This document shows, in pieces, positions 17,333 to 27,414 of a DNA stretch of 64,000 nt (position 1 is the first letter of the stretch; each line of letters opens with the position of its first letter). A program made the translations under genes and the position numbers. Origin of the DNA: Porticoccaceae bacterium (lineage in GTDB: Bacteria > Pseudomonadota > Gammaproteobacteria > Pseudomonadales > Porticoccaceae). Below the pieces are notes generated by a model. That model saw only the letters and a program-made list of their open reading frames with translations. It did not search any database and was not told where the DNA came from. The stretch lies in NCBI GenBank assembly GCA_029238255.1, contig JAQWGK010000046.1, forward strand, positions 32,708 to 96,707, given 5' to 3'.

Positions 17333-19486
17333 ATGAGCACCGCACCAAAATTAAAATCAGTTAAAGCCGCGAAAAAAACTCCTGAGATCAAGATGCAAGA
17401 TGCATCACTGGATATCTGGGATAAAAAATACCGACTCAAAGACAAGCAAGAGCAGCCTGTAGATGCAGATATCAATGCAACCTACGAGCGAGTAGCCAAG
17501 GCACTCTCTGATGTCGAAGCCAAAGATAAGCGCGACCAGTGGAAAAAGCGTTTTGTATGGGCACTTCAGCACGGCGCCATTCCCGCCGGCCGAATTATCT
17601 CCAACGCCGGTGCTCAGGCTTACAAGCCAGCCACCTCTACTATTAACTGTACAGTTTCCGGTATTGTTCCCGATTCCATGCAGGGCATTCTCGAGCGCAA
17701 CCTCGAAGCGGGCCTAACACTGAAAGCCGGTTGCGGTATCGGTTATGAATTTTCAACACTGCGTCCTAAAGGTGCTTATGTTTCCGGTGCTGGTGCTTAC
17801 ACTTCAGGGCCGCTGTCGTTTATGGATATCTACGACAAGATGTGTTTTACCGTCTCCTCTGCCGGTGGCCGCCGCGGTGCGCAGATGGCTACCTTTGATG
17901 TCAGCCACCCAGATGTATTTGACTTTGTTCGCGCCAAGCGTGAAGACGGTCGCCTGCGTCAGTTCAACCTGTCGCTGCTGATCACCGAAGAATTTATTGA
18001 AGCAGTTCGCGCCGACAGCACCTGGGATCTGACTTTCCCGATTAGCGCCAAAGAGATCGAAGGCGGGCTCGACCTGAAAGGCGACGATGTTGTCTGGAAG
18101 CACTTCCCAACGACCGAAGCCTACACCACCAATAAAGATGGTCTGGTTGCCTGTCGCATCTATGAAACCATTCGTGCTCAGAAGCTGTGGAATGCGATTA
18201 TGTCGTCCACCTATGACTATGCAGAGCCCGGTTTTATTCTGATCGATCAGGTCAACAAAAATAACAACAACTGGTTCTGTGAAGATATCCGCGCCACTAA
18301 CCCCTGTGGTGAACAGCCTCTGCCTCCCTACGGCAGCTGCCTGCTAGGTTCGGTTAACCTGACCAAGTTTGTGCGCAATCCATTTACCCCAGAAGCTTAT
18401 TTCGACTGGGAAGAGTACGCAGAAGTAGTGGCTGTATTTACCCGTATGCTGGACAACGTCGTTGAGATCAATGGCCTGCCTCTCGAAGGTCAGCGCAAAG
18501 AGATCGAATACAAGCGTCGTCACGGCATGGGCTTCCTCGGTCTGGGTTCAACTCTGACCATGCTGCGCATGAAGTACGGCGAGCAGGACTCACTGGAATT
18601 CACCGAGCGCGTAGCACAGGATATGGCTGTATCTGGTCTGACTGCCGGTCTTGAACTGGCCCGTGAAAAAGGCCCTGCGCCAATTATGGAAGATGATTTT
18701 GAAGTTACTGCCGCCCTGCTATTTAAGCGCCCAGAGCTGGCCAAAGACGGCATCAAGCTTGGCAGCAAAATCAAAGGCAAGGTTCTGCTCGGCAAGTACA
18801 GCCAATATATGCAGAATATCGCCTCTGTTGCCCCAGAGCTGATCGACTCAATTATTGAAGAAGGCTGTCGTTTTAGCCACCATTCATCCATTGCGCCTAC
18901 CGGCACTATCTCGCTGTCACTGGCCAACAATGTAAGTAACGGTATTGAGCCAAGCTTTGCTCACCACTACTCGCGCAACGTAATTCGTGAAGGCAAGAAG
19001 TCGAAAGAGAAAGTTGATGTTTTCTCCTACGAACTACTGGCTTACCGCACGCTGATTAATGAGAAAGCCATGCCTTATGGCACCTCGGAAGAAGAAGCAC
19101 TGCCCGACTACTTTATGAGCTCAGAAAATATTGTGCCCAAGGCTCACGTTGATATTCAGGCCGCCGCACAGAAGTGGGTTGACTCTTCAATCTCGAAAAC
19201 AATCAATGTTCCAACAGATTGCGACTACGAAGATTTTAAAGATATCTATCTCTACGCCGCTGAAAAAGGCCTTAAAGGCTGCACCACCTTCCGCTTTAAT
19301 CCAGAAGCGTTCCAGGGTGTATTGGTTACCGAGAAAGATCTCGAGAACACCACTTACAGCTTTACTCTGGATGATGGCTCAACGGTTGAGTTTAAAGGCA
19401 ACGAAGAGGTTGAATACGACGGTGAAACTCATACCGCCGCCAACCTGTTTGATGCATTGAAAGAAGGTTACTACGGTAAATTCTGA
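17333..19486 (+). CDS. nrdJ: Class II (adenosylcobalamin-dependent) ribonucleotide reductase, large N-terminal polypeptide of a split enzyme
   Basis: 717 aa with RNR catalytic motifs (NPCGEQPLPPYGSCLLGS, SSIAPTGTIS). It is followed by a separate small ORF carrying the C-terminal part, as in the Pseudomonas nrdJa/nrdJb arrangement. Confidence 0.85.
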   Translation: MSTAPKLKSVKAAKKTPEIKMQDASLDIWDKKYRLKDKQEQPVDADINATYERVAKALSDVEAKDKRDQWKKRFVWALQHGAIPAGRIISNAGAQAYKPATSTINCTVSGIVPDSMQGILERNLEAGLTLKAGCGIGYEFSTLRPKGAYVSGAGAYTSGPLSFMDIYDKMCFTVSSAGGRRGAQMATFDVSHPDVFDFVRAKREDGRLRQFNLSLLITEEFIEAVRADSTWDLTFPISAKEIEGGLDLKGDDVVWKHFPTTEAYTTNKDGLVACRIYETIRAQKLWNAIMSSTYDYAEPGFILIDQVNKNNNNWFCEDIRATNPCGEQPLPPYGSCLLGSVNLTKFVRNPFTPEAYFDWEEYAEVVAVFTRMLDNVVEINGLPLEGQRKEIEYKRRHGMGFLGLGSTLTMLRMKYGEQDSLEFTERVAQDMAVSGLTAGLELAREKGPAPIMEDDFEVTAALLFKRPELAKDGIKLGSKIKGKVLLGKYSQYMQNIASVAPELIDSIIEEGCRFSHHSSIAPTGTISLSLANNVSNGIEPSFAHHYSRNVIREGKKSKEKVDVFSYELLAYRTLINEKAMPYGTSEEEALPDYFMSSENIVPKAHVDIQAAAQKWVDSSISKTINVPTDCDYEDFKDIYLYAAEKGLKGCTTFRFNPEAFQGVLVTEKDLENTTYSFTLDDGSTVEFKGNEEVEYDGETHTAANLFDALKEGYYGKF

Positions 19487-19538
19487 TCCCATTAATTAGA
19501 TGCTGTAGCAACCAGCACGGAATAGCACGAGGAATAAA

Positions 19539-20222
19539 ATGAGCAAGAAAATTGAAAAGAAAATTGTCTCTTACAAGGTAAGCACTGAAGAGCAGACCAA
19601 AGAGGCCGAAGCCAAAACAGCGGAGTCCAATATTATCCAGATGCACGAGAAGGTTTCACGACCTGAGGCTCTGGCGGGCAGCACCTACAAGATCAAGACG
19701 CCAATGTCTGATCACGCGCTGTATTTGACCATTAACGATATTATTTTGAACGAAGGCACTGACCATGAGTTGCGCCGCCCGTTTGAAGTCTTTATCAACT
19801 CGAAGAATATGGACCACTTCCAGTGGATTGTTGCACTGACCCGAGTTATCTCTGCAGTATTCCGCAAAGGTGGTGACTGCACATTCCTGGTTGAAGAGCT
19901 AAAGGCTGTATTTGATCCACAGGGTGGCTACTTTAAGCCCGGCGGTAAGTTTATGCCCTCTCTGGTCGCTGAGATTGGTTGGGCGATTGAAGATCACCTA
20001 CAGAAGATTGGTCTTCTAAAGATGCCTGAGATTCCCGAGCACCAGCAGAAAATTTTGGATGAGAAGCGCGCTGAGTTTGAAGGCACAGCTGCTGCGCCTG
20101 CGGCAGAAAGTTCCGATTTTCCGCCCACTGCAGAGGTATGTAAGAAGTGTAGTGTGAAAGCGGTGATCCTGATGGATGGCTGTATGACTTGCCTTAACTG
20201 TGGTGATTCTAAATGTGGTTAA
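19539..20222 (+). CDS. nrdJ: Class II ribonucleotide reductase, C-terminal polypeptide (NrdJb-like) with a Cys-rich tail
   Basis: 227 aa. TYKIKTP...LYLTINDI...PFEVFINSKN matches the RNR C-terminal core. The tail is CKKCSVKAVILMDGCMTCLNCGDSKCG. Confidence 0.8.
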   Translation: MSKKIEKKIVSYKVSTEEQTKEAEAKTAESNIIQMHEKVSRPEALAGSTYKIKTPMSDHALYLTINDIILNEGTDHELRRPFEVFINSKNMDHFQWIVALTRVISAVFRKGGDCTFLVEELKAVFDPQGGYFKPGGKFMPSLVAEIGWAIEDHLQKIGLLKMPEIPEHQQKILDEKRAEFEGTAAAPAAESSDFPPTAEVCKKCSVKAVILMDGCMTCLNCGDSKCG

Positions 20223-20245
20223 GCATTTAGATTTAGTTAGCGGTA

Positions 20246-20277
20246 TAAAAAAACGGCTCTAGGGCCGTTTTTTTATA
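20246..20277 (+). terminator. Rho-independent terminator after nrdJb
   Basis: AAAAAAACGGC-TCTAGG-GCCGTTTTTTT is a stem-loop followed by a T-run. Confidence 0.7.
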
Positions 20278-20387
20278 CTTGGAAATTATCTGTAACTTTA
20301 CTCGTAAAAATCCCTTTATGGGCGCATCAGTACATCAAAAGATTCTATTTCGATGGCCATTATCAAAACCAGACTGTTACAGTGGTG

Positions 20388-21347
20388 TTAGTTACTTATA
20401 GTACTAGGATAGAGGCCCTCGCCAACATAAAGCGGCGCAAAAGAAAATACAGCTTCAGTCGATGTATCCACATGTATTTTAACGGCCTTGGCATCAGGCC
20501 AACCAAATGTTTGCAGGCGAGTAATATTTGCACCAAATGATCTCCCAGGTTTCTTCGAATAGGGGCGATCAATAAGGAATTGGTGATGATCACCGTGAAC
20601 TAACAATACAGGTTTATCAAATTCATCACCCAACTGGCCAATCATTGTGCGCATATCGGCAAAACCGTCCTGTGTGCCAGAAGGTATAAATATATTTGCA
20701 TGACATGCCAAAACCAGCGCCTGGACTCCAGACTCAGCCGCTTGCCTGAAGACTTTTCTCAGCCATTTTTTATTGGCCTCATTGCGCATATAAAACTCTG
20801 AGTTCTTATCCTGAAAACTGTTCTCTTTGAGACCATTGTTAGAACCAACAATATGTACCGTCGCATACAATACCTCACCCTTCTGCCAAAGAGAATTTTC
20901 AACAGTCTCTGCGCCGGCTTGCTGATGCAAAGTCAGCTTCTCCCGTCCAAAACTTATGCCAGCGCTGAAAAATATGTGGCGAAGGGCTTTTAACCTTTCA
21001 ACTGGATCATATTCACCGTTGAGCTTTTTGTGACAATCTGTCCATTCATTATCGCCAGGAGTGTAGATAAGAGGCTTCTCAAACTTACCGAAATCGCCCT
21101 TTACTCTTTGTAAGGTCTCGTCCCCACAATCGGCAAGCCCTAATACATCACCCAAATGGATCGCAAAGGAAGAAGCCTCCTCGTTGATCCGATTTATCAA
21201 GGCATCGTAGGCTATATTGTCATCCGGAATAACATATGCTGTATCGGCAAGCACAATAAAATCGTATGCATTTTGAGTTTTCTGCTTACCACAAGAAGCA
21301 GCCAACAATGCTAAAGAAAAAACACCAACAATCATAAATATCTTCAT
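20388..21347 (-). CDS. Calcineurin-like metallophosphoesterase lipoprotein
   Basis: Signal peptide plus lipobox (LLAASCGK). Metallophosphoesterase motifs are present (HLGD, GDNEW, VHGDHH). The gene is visibly more AT-rich than its neighbours. Confidence 0.7.
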   Translation of the reverse strand: MKIFMIVGVFSLALLAASCGKQKTQNAYDFIVLADTAYVIPDDNIAYDALINRINEEASSFAIHLGDVLGLADCGDETLQRVKGDFGKFEKPLIYTPGDNEWTDCHKKLNGEYDPVERLKALRHIFFSAGISFGREKLTLHQQAGAETVENSLWQKGEVLYATVHIVGSNNGLKENSFQDKNSEFYMRNEANKKWLRKVFRQAAESGVQALVLACHANIFIPSGTQDGFADMRTMIGQLGDEFDKPVLLVHGDHHQFLIDRPYSKKPGRSFGANITRLQTFGWPDAKAVKIHVDTSTEAVFSFAPLYVGEGLYPSTISN

Positions 21348-21479
21348 TTTATACTTCCTGTAAAAAAAGAAAGAACGAAACGCTCTGCTATTACCTCCCT
21401 TAAACTAGTAAAGAAAACTAACCATATCAAGCTGATGTTATCTATCAACGGTGAACAATCGAAAGAGATTAAATGACGA

Positions 21480-21584
21480 TCCGCCATATTGCCGAAGGAG
21501 TTTATTGTAGAAGAACGCAAAATAAATATTCAGATAGATGACTGTATAACCTGCCTGAACTGTGGTGATTCCAAATGCAGTTAA
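21480..21584 (+). pseudogene. Diverged duplicate of the nrdJb 3' end (...INIQIDDCITCLNCGDSKCS*)
   Basis: An in-frame stop lies at 21474-21476 immediately upstream, so only about 35 codons are open. The last codons parallel the authentic tail VILMDGCMTCLNCGDSKCG*. The similarity continues into the downstream terminator. Confidence 0.6.
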
Positions 21585-21610
21585 ACGCCTGATTGGATTT
21601 AGTGGTATTG

Positions 21611-21637
21611 AGAAAGCGGCCTTAGGGTCGCTTTTTT
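21611..21637 (+). terminator. Second copy of the nrdJb-type terminator
   Basis: GAAAGCGGCC-TTAG-GGTCGCTTTTTT resembles the terminator at 20246-20277. Confidence 0.5.
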
Positions 21638-21681
21638 ATTGTCTGATGTTTTTCCTTTGAAAAATACCCCCAACTCTTTCT

Positions 21682-21923
21682 TGTCATCCTGAGCGTAGCC
21701 GAAGGATCTCTTTGGACCGAGCGAGGACAAAGCCTGAAAGTTTCGAGTGGGGGCTGATTTATAGGTTTGGAGATAATCAACAACGATGTGATCTCGAACG
21801 AATGTGAGAGATCTCAGGGGCTAGCAAAAGATCCTTCGGCTACGCTCAGGATGACAAAAATAAATATTCAGGATACCGCGCTAACTTAACTGTCATCCTG
21901 ACAGAGCGAAGCGATGAAGGATC
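21682..21923. repeat. REP/MITE-like elements: a perfect 28-bp inverted repeat pair plus a third copy
   Basis: TGTCATCCTGAGCGTAGCCGAAGGATCT (21682-21709) is the exact reverse complement of 21829-21856. A variant copy, TGTCATCCTGACAGAGCGAAGCGATGAAGGATCT, lies at 21891-21924. Confidence 0.85.
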
Positions 21924-21925
21924 TA

Positions 21926-22516
21926 TTACTCAGTAACTGGTGTTAGCTTTGCGGTTTTCACATCAAAAATAAAACCATGCACCTGAATATGGCTAGGCAC
22001 CAACTCATGGTTTTTAATTTTTTCCACATCCGTCAAAACGCTCTGATGCAAATCGGTAAAGCTGTGCCATTCAATAGACTTCCCCGCCGCAGAACCGGGC
22101 TTGGTATTTTCGCTACTCTGGCGTTCGGGATTCTGCCATTTCTCTCCATCATGAACCGCTGTCTCCAGATCCTCTTCAAGCAACTCAGCAATCTTCTGAT
22201 CAGTGACCGTAGCCATACCGCAGCCAGTATGCTGAATAACATACCATTCCAGTGTGCCTAAAAACTTGTGAGAGATAATCAGTGAACGGATTGCATCGTC
22301 AGTGGCACGGCCACCGGCATTGCGAATCACATGGGCGTCGCCCTCTTCTAGGCCGGCAAATTTGGCTGGATCCATACGCGCATCCATACAGGTAAGAATG
22401 GCAAAATTTTTGGCTGGCGGTGATGCCAGTCCTGACTTATCAAAGGTCTCGGAATAATCTTTATTGGCATCCATCAGTGCGCTTAAATTTTTACTGGGAA
22501 GATTATTGTCAGACAT
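21926..22516 (-). CDS. Beta-class carbonic anhydrase
   Basis: Zinc-ligand pattern CMDAR ... HTGCG (ILTCMDARMDP, VIQHTGCGM). The ATG at 22516 is preceded by GAGGTG. The longer ORF start at 22594 would overlap meaB. Confidence 0.75.
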   Translation of the reverse strand: MSDNNLPSKNLSALMDANKDYSETFDKSGLASPPAKNFAILTCMDARMDPAKFAGLEEGDAHVIRNAGGRATDDAIRSLIISHKFLGTLEWYVIQHTGCGMATVTDQKIAELLEEDLETAVHDGEKWQNPERQSSENTKPGSAAGKSIEWHSFTDLHQSVLTDVEKIKNHELVPSHIQVHGFIFDVKTAKLTPVTE

Positions 22517-22568
22517 TTTGTTCACCTCTGGAGATAATTTAGAAATCTTTTGCCGCGGGATTATAAAC

Positions 22569-23558
22569 CTAGTCGCCTGCTTTGTAATGCTCAATCAGCC
22601 TTTGGGCGGCCACTGTTGCCGGCAAGTTACCTTCGGTAACCGCCTGCTCCAACTCAGGCACCAGCGATTGCACCTGGGGATGATTTTTAAGATCGGCAAT
22701 TAAAGCCTCGGCAGTTTCACTCCACATCCAGGTGCGAGCCTGTAAGGCGCGATTTTGCTCCAGTTCACCAGCTTCTGTTAAGGCACTGCGAAATGCTTCG
22801 ACCTGCTGCCAGACCTGATCTATGCCCTGATTATGCAGTGATGAGCAGGCCATCACCGAAGGCTGCCAATGGGCAAAGCGTGACTTCATAAAATGCAGGG
22901 CTGAGCGGTAATCGTTTAGGGTTTGATCAGCAGTATTAGCCTGCTCACCATCGGCTTTATTAACCAGAATTAAATCTGCCAGTTCCATAATGCCGCGTTT
23001 AATGCCCTGTAACTCATCACCACCCGCGGGAAGTAATAGCAGCAAAAACATATCTGTCATATCCGCCACGGCGGTTTCCGACTGCCCTACACCCACAGTC
23101 TCAACCAGAATCACATCAAATCCCGCCGCCTCACAGAGCAGTAGAGATTCGCGAGTGCGGCGAGTCACACCGCCGAGAGTTTGGCCGGCCGGAGAGGGGC
23201 GCACAAAAGCATTTTCCGCAAAGGCCAGAGTTTCCATACGGGTTTTATCACCGAGAATCGAACCACCGCTAACCGCAGAGGTTGGATCGACGGCCAATAC
23301 AGCGACTGAATGACCCTGCTCAATCAGGTAGTTACCCAGGGCTTCAATAAAAGTGGATTTGCCGACACCGGGAACCCCGGAGATACCGAGACGGATCGAG
23401 TTGCCTGTATCGGGCATTAGAGCCTCTAACAGCACACTGGCCTGCTGACGATGGTCGGCACGGGTTGATTCAACCAGCGTGATCGCTTTAGCCAGAGCGC
23501 GGCGATCGCCGGCTCTAATCTGGTCTCTCAAAATATCTACATTTTCAACCATAGGCAC
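22569..23558 (-). CDS. meaB: Methylmalonyl-CoA mutase-associated G-protein chaperone (MeaB/ArgK)
   Basis: P-loop GVPGVGKST, the NKAD motif (LVNKADGE), and its position in the mutase/carboxylase operon. Confidence 0.85.
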   Translation of the reverse strand: MPMVENVDILRDQIRAGDRRALAKAITLVESTRADHRQQASVLLEALMPDTGNSIRLGISGVPGVGKSTFIEALGNYLIEQGHSVAVLAVDPTSAVSGGSILGDKTRMETLAFAENAFVRPSPAGQTLGGVTRRTRESLLLCEAAGFDVILVETVGVGQSETAVADMTDMFLLLLLPAGGDELQGIKRGIMELADLILVNKADGEQANTADQTLNDYRSALHFMKSRFAHWQPSVMACSSLHNQGIDQVWQQVEAFRSALTEAGELEQNRALQARTWMWSETAEALIADLKNHPQVQSLVPELEQAVTEGNLPATVAAQRLIEHYKAGD

Positions 23559-23582
23559 TCTTTTTAAATTTTTCTTAAACCC

Positions 23583-25583
23583 TTAGGCAAATTCCAAAAT
23601 AATTTCATCCACCCTAAGACTCTCACCCTCAGTTGCGGAAATTTTAGTCACAGTACCATCTTGAGTTGCACGCAGGCTATTCTCCATTTTCATCGCTTCA
23701 ACTACCGCTAGCTCTTCGCCCTCTTTGACTTCCTGACCCAATTCCACCGCCAGTTTGACTAACAGGCCGGGCATTGGCGACAGCAGGAATCTCGACATAT
23801 CCTCTGGCTCTTTGATATGCATATGTTTGGATAGCATGGCGGCCTTTGGCGACAGCAGCTGAGCAGTGATTTCAGCGCCACGATAAAACAGCCTGTAGGA
23901 GCTCCCAGTGGCTTCCACCTGAACAGACACTTTTTTGCCATTAATATTGGCAATAAATAGCGGATCACCGAGACTCCAATCGGTTTCAACCTGATAGTCG
24001 TTTTGCAAACCCTTCTGACTGTCATCAAGGCTGACTAAATAACCCTTATCCATAAGCTCCACTGTCGCCTTGGTCTGCTGACCTCCTGCAACCACGACCC
24101 AGTCAACCGCAGCCACATGCTCATGGCCAGCCAACTGTCCGGAGAGCAAGCTGGCACGCTCTTCATACAGCTGATGGACTGCCGCTGCCACTACCGGAAC
24201 AATGGATGGATCGTCTTGCACCACCAGATCGGCATTAAAGCCATCGGGAAATTCATCGGCAATAAAGTTGGTGCTCAGGCGGCCTTCAATAAATCGCGGA
24301 TGCACCATCAGCGCATTAAGGAAACTAATATTGTGGTTAACCCCGCGGATATAATAATTATCCAGCGCCTCAACCATTCGCTCTATGGCCTGATTACGGC
24401 TATCGCCAAAGGTAATTAACTTGGCAATCATCGGGTCATAGAACATCGACACTTCGCCCCCTTCATAGACACCACTATCGACTCGCACCCCATCCCCCTG
24501 AGGCTCGGCATAGCCGCTTAAGCGACCGGTGGAGGGCATAAAGTTACGCAGTGGATCTTCAGCGTAGACCCGGGATTCCATGGCCCAACCCTTAAGACTG
24601 ATATCTTCCTGAGTTAGCGCTAAGGGTTCACCTGCGGCAACACGGATCATTAATTCGACCAGATCCTGTCCGGTTACCAGTTCAGTGACTGGGTGCTCGA
24701 CCTGCAGGCGGGTATTCATTTCCAAAAAGTAAAAATTCATATCGGCATCGGCAATAAACTCCACCGTACCCGCCGACTGATAGTCCACCGCTCGCGCCAG
24801 TGCGCAACTCTGCTCTCCCATTTTCTGACGGGTGGCCGGATTTAGAAAGGGTGAGGGGGCCTCTTCAATCACTTTTTGATGGCGGCGCTGAATAGAACAT
24901 TCGCGCTCACCCAGATAGATCACATTGCCATGGCCATCGGCCATAATCTGAATTTCAATATGACGGGGCTGCTGAATATATTTCTCAATAAAGATTCTGG
25001 TATCGCCAAAACTGGAACGGGCTTCATTGGTGGCCCGTTCAAAACCATCGCGGCAATCTGTATCGTCCCAGGCCACACGCATCCCTTTGCCACCGCCACC
25101 GGCTGAGGCTTTAAGCATCACTGGGTAGCCAATTTCGGCACTAATCTCTACCGCGTGGTCAGCGTCCCGAACCACATCTGTGTAGCCGGGAATACAGCTA
25201 ACACCGGCCTTTTCTGCGATTAGCTTAGAGGTGATTTTATCGCCCATGGATTCAATCGTTTTTTTGCCCGGGCCAATAAAGGTAATGCCGGCCACATCCA
25301 GAGCATCGCGAAATTCGCTGTTCTCGGAGAGAAAACCATAACCGGGATGGACCGCGTCGGCACCACTATCGCGACAGGCCTGAATAACTTTATCAATTGC
25401 CAGATAGCTTTCAGTGGAAGCCGATGAACCTATATACACAGCTTCATCGGCCATCTGCACATGCAGCGCATCGCGGTCGGCATCGGAGTAAACCGCTACT
25501 GTGGCTATACCCATTTTTTTGGCAGTGGTGAATACTCGACAGGCTATTTCACCGCGGTTTGCCACCAGAATTTTCTTCAACAT
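23583..25583 (-). CDS. pccA: Propionyl-CoA carboxylase alpha subunit (biotin carboxylase + BCCP domain)
   Basis: N-terminal KILVANRGEIACRV, an ATP-grasp region, and the C-terminal biotinylation motif EAMKMEN. The ATG at 25583 (MLKKILV) is preceded by AAGGAT. The longer ORF start at 25664 was rejected. Confidence 0.85.
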   Translation of the reverse strand: MLKKILVANRGEIACRVFTTAKKMGIATVAVYSDADRDALHVQMADEAVYIGSSASTESYLAIDKVIQACRDSGADAVHPGYGFLSENSEFRDALDVAGITFIGPGKKTIESMGDKITSKLIAEKAGVSCIPGYTDVVRDADHAVEISAEIGYPVMLKASAGGGGKGMRVAWDDTDCRDGFERATNEARSSFGDTRIFIEKYIQQPRHIEIQIMADGHGNVIYLGERECSIQRRHQKVIEEAPSPFLNPATRQKMGEQSCALARAVDYQSAGTVEFIADADMNFYFLEMNTRLQVEHPVTELVTGQDLVELMIRVAAGEPLALTQEDISLKGWAMESRVYAEDPLRNFMPSTGRLSGYAEPQGDGVRVDSGVYEGGEVSMFYDPMIAKLITFGDSRNQAIERMVEALDNYYIRGVNHNISFLNALMVHPRFIEGRLSTNFIADEFPDGFNADLVVQDDPSIVPVVAAAVHQLYEERASLLSGQLAGHEHVAAVDWVVVAGGQQTKATVELMDKGYLVSLDDSQKGLQNDYQVETDWSLGDPLFIANINGKKVSVQVEATGSSYRLFYRGAEITAQLLSPKAAMLSKHMHIKEPEDMSRFLLSPMPGLLVKLAVELGQEVKEGEELAVVEAMKMENSLRATQDGTVTKISATEGESLRVDEIILEFA

Positions 25584-25675
25584 AAATCTTTTATCCTTAA
25601 AAGTTTTTCTGCACTGTTTTTCTGAGAAGTTTTCCTGAGAAGCTTTTCTGACAAGCTTTTCCAAAAAGCAGACTC

Positions 25676-27208
25676 CTAAAGGGGAATATTTCCATGCTTT
25701 CGCCAGGGGTTTTCAATACTTTTATTGCGCAACATCGCCAGCGATCGCGCCACGCGCTTACGGGTACTGTGAGGCATAATCACATCGTCTATATAACCGC
25801 GCTGGCTAGCGATAAAGGGGTTGGCAAATTTCTCGCGATACTCTTCTGTGCGCGCAGCAATTTTTTCAGCATCGCCAATATCTTTACGAAAGATTATCTC
25901 CACCGCGCCCTTCGGCCCCATTACCGCGATCTCAGCGGTGGGCCAGGCCAGATTGGCATCGCCGCGCAGATGCTTGGAGGCCATCACATCGTAGGCACCG
26001 CCATAGGCTTTGCGGGTAATCACCGTGACTTTTGGCACCGTGCATTCGGCATAGGCATAGAGCAATTTGGCACCGTGCTTAATAATGCCGCCGTATTCCT
26101 GGCTGGTGCCGGGCATAAATCCGGGCACATCGACAAAGGTTAAAACCGGAATATTAAAAGCGTCGCAGAAGCGTATAAAACGCGCGGCTTTTTTCGAGGC
26201 ATCTATATCCAGACAGCCTGCCAATACCAGTGGTTGGTTAGCCACAACGCCCACGGTCGACCCTTCGATACGAATAAAGCCGGTAATAATATTTTTTGCG
26301 TAACTGACCTGGGTTTCAAAAAACTCGCCTTCATCGGCGACCTTTAAAATCACCTCGTGCATATCATAGGGCTTGTTGGGATCACTGGGGACTATCGTAT
26401 CCAACGACATCTCAACCCGATCAGCAGGGTCTTCGGTCGGCCATTGGGGGGGCTTTTCACGATTATTAGCGGGTAGATAATTAAAGAAGTGACGCAACTT
26501 GGCCAGTGCTTCGACATCATTTTCAAAGGCCAGATCAGCGACACCGGATTTACTTGAATGGGTTAGAGCGCCGCCCAACTCTTCTGCGGTTACCGTTTCA
26601 TGGGTCACGGTTTTAACCACATCCGGGCCGGTGACAAACATATAGGAACTGTCCTGCACCATAAAGATAAAGTCGGTGATCGCCGGAGAATAGACTGCAC
26701 CACCAGCACAGGGGCCCATCACCATACTGATCTGCGGGATAACACCACTGGCCATAACATTGCGCTGAAATACTTCCGCATAACCCCCGAGAGAGGCAAC
26801 CCCTTCCTGAATTCGGGCACCGCCGGAGTCATTGAGACCAATCACCGGCGCACCCACTTTCATCGCCTGATCCATCAGCTTGCAGATTTTCTCCGCATGG
26901 GCCTCGGAGAGCGAGCCGCCAAAAACCGTAAAGTCCTGACTAAAGACAAACACCAGCCGACCATTAATCGTGCCGTAGCCAATAATCACACCATCACCGG
27001 GGACATGCTGGGAGTCCATATCAAAGTCTGTACAGCGATGCTCGACAAACATATCCCACTCTTCAAAGCTGTCATTATCCAGTAACAGGTCGATACGCTC
27101 GCGGGCGGTCAGCTTGCCTTTGGCGTGCTGGGCATCAATGCGTTTTTGTCCGCCACCGAGTCGCGCTCGGCTGCGTTTTTCTTCTAATTGCTCCAGTATT
27201 TCTTTCAT
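25676..27208 (-). CDS. pccB: Propionyl-CoA carboxylase beta subunit (carboxyltransferase)
   Basis: 510 aa with the carboxyltransferase family pattern ([29 protein letters not shown]). Confidence 0.85.
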   Translation of the reverse strand: MKEILEQLEEKRSRARLGGGQKRIDAQHAKGKLTARERIDLLLDNDSFEEWDMFVEHRCTDFDMDSQHVPGDGVIIGYGTINGRLVFVFSQDFTVFGGSLSEAHAEKICKLMDQAMKVGAPVIGLNDSGGARIQEGVASLGGYAEVFQRNVMASGVIPQISMVMGPCAGGAVYSPAITDFIFMVQDSSYMFVTGPDVVKTVTHETVTAEELGGALTHSSKSGVADLAFENDVEALAKLRHFFNYLPANNREKPPQWPTEDPADRVEMSLDTIVPSDPNKPYDMHEVILKVADEGEFFETQVSYAKNIITGFIRIEGSTVGVVANQPLVLAGCLDIDASKKAARFIRFCDAFNIPVLTFVDVPGFMPGTSQEYGGIIKHGAKLLYAYAECTVPKVTVITRKAYGGAYDVMASKHLRGDANLAWPTAEIAVMGPKGAVEIIFRKDIGDAEKIAARTEEYREKFANPFIASQRGYIDDVIMPHSTRKRVARSLAMLRNKSIENPWRKHGNIPL

Positions 27209-27247
27209 GGTTATTCCTTTTCTTTTTCTCGACCCTGAGCACTTTCA

Positions 27248-27402
27248 CCTGTCATCCTGTGCCCCCACACCTGTCATCCTGAGCCCCCACATCTGTCATC
27301 CTGAGCCCCCACACCTGTCATCCTGAGAGAGCAAAGCGAACCGAAGGATCTCTGTATAACTCCGGGAGATATTTCCACTCACTTCGTTCGATCAAGATGA
27401 CA
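27248..27402. repeat. 22-bp tandem array of the GTCATCCTG head motif ending in a full REP-like unit
   Basis: CCTGTCATCCTG(T/A)GCCCCCACA occurs three times (27248-27313). It is followed by CCTGTCATCCTGAGAGAGCAAAGCGAACCGAAGGATCTCT and an inverted head variant, TCAAGATGACA (27392-27402). Confidence 0.8.
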
Positions 27403-27414
27403 ATAAGTGGACCT

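Noticed and set aside
27114-27326. 70-aa ORF ending in HLSSCAPTPVILSPHICHPEPPHLSS
   Set aside because: It is the translation of the 22-bp tandem repeat array and overlaps the pccB start on the opposite strand.
27248-27353. Possible CRISPR array
   Set aside because: The repeats are directly adjacent with no spacers. There are only three and a half units, they belong to the dispersed REP-like family, and no cas genes are nearby.
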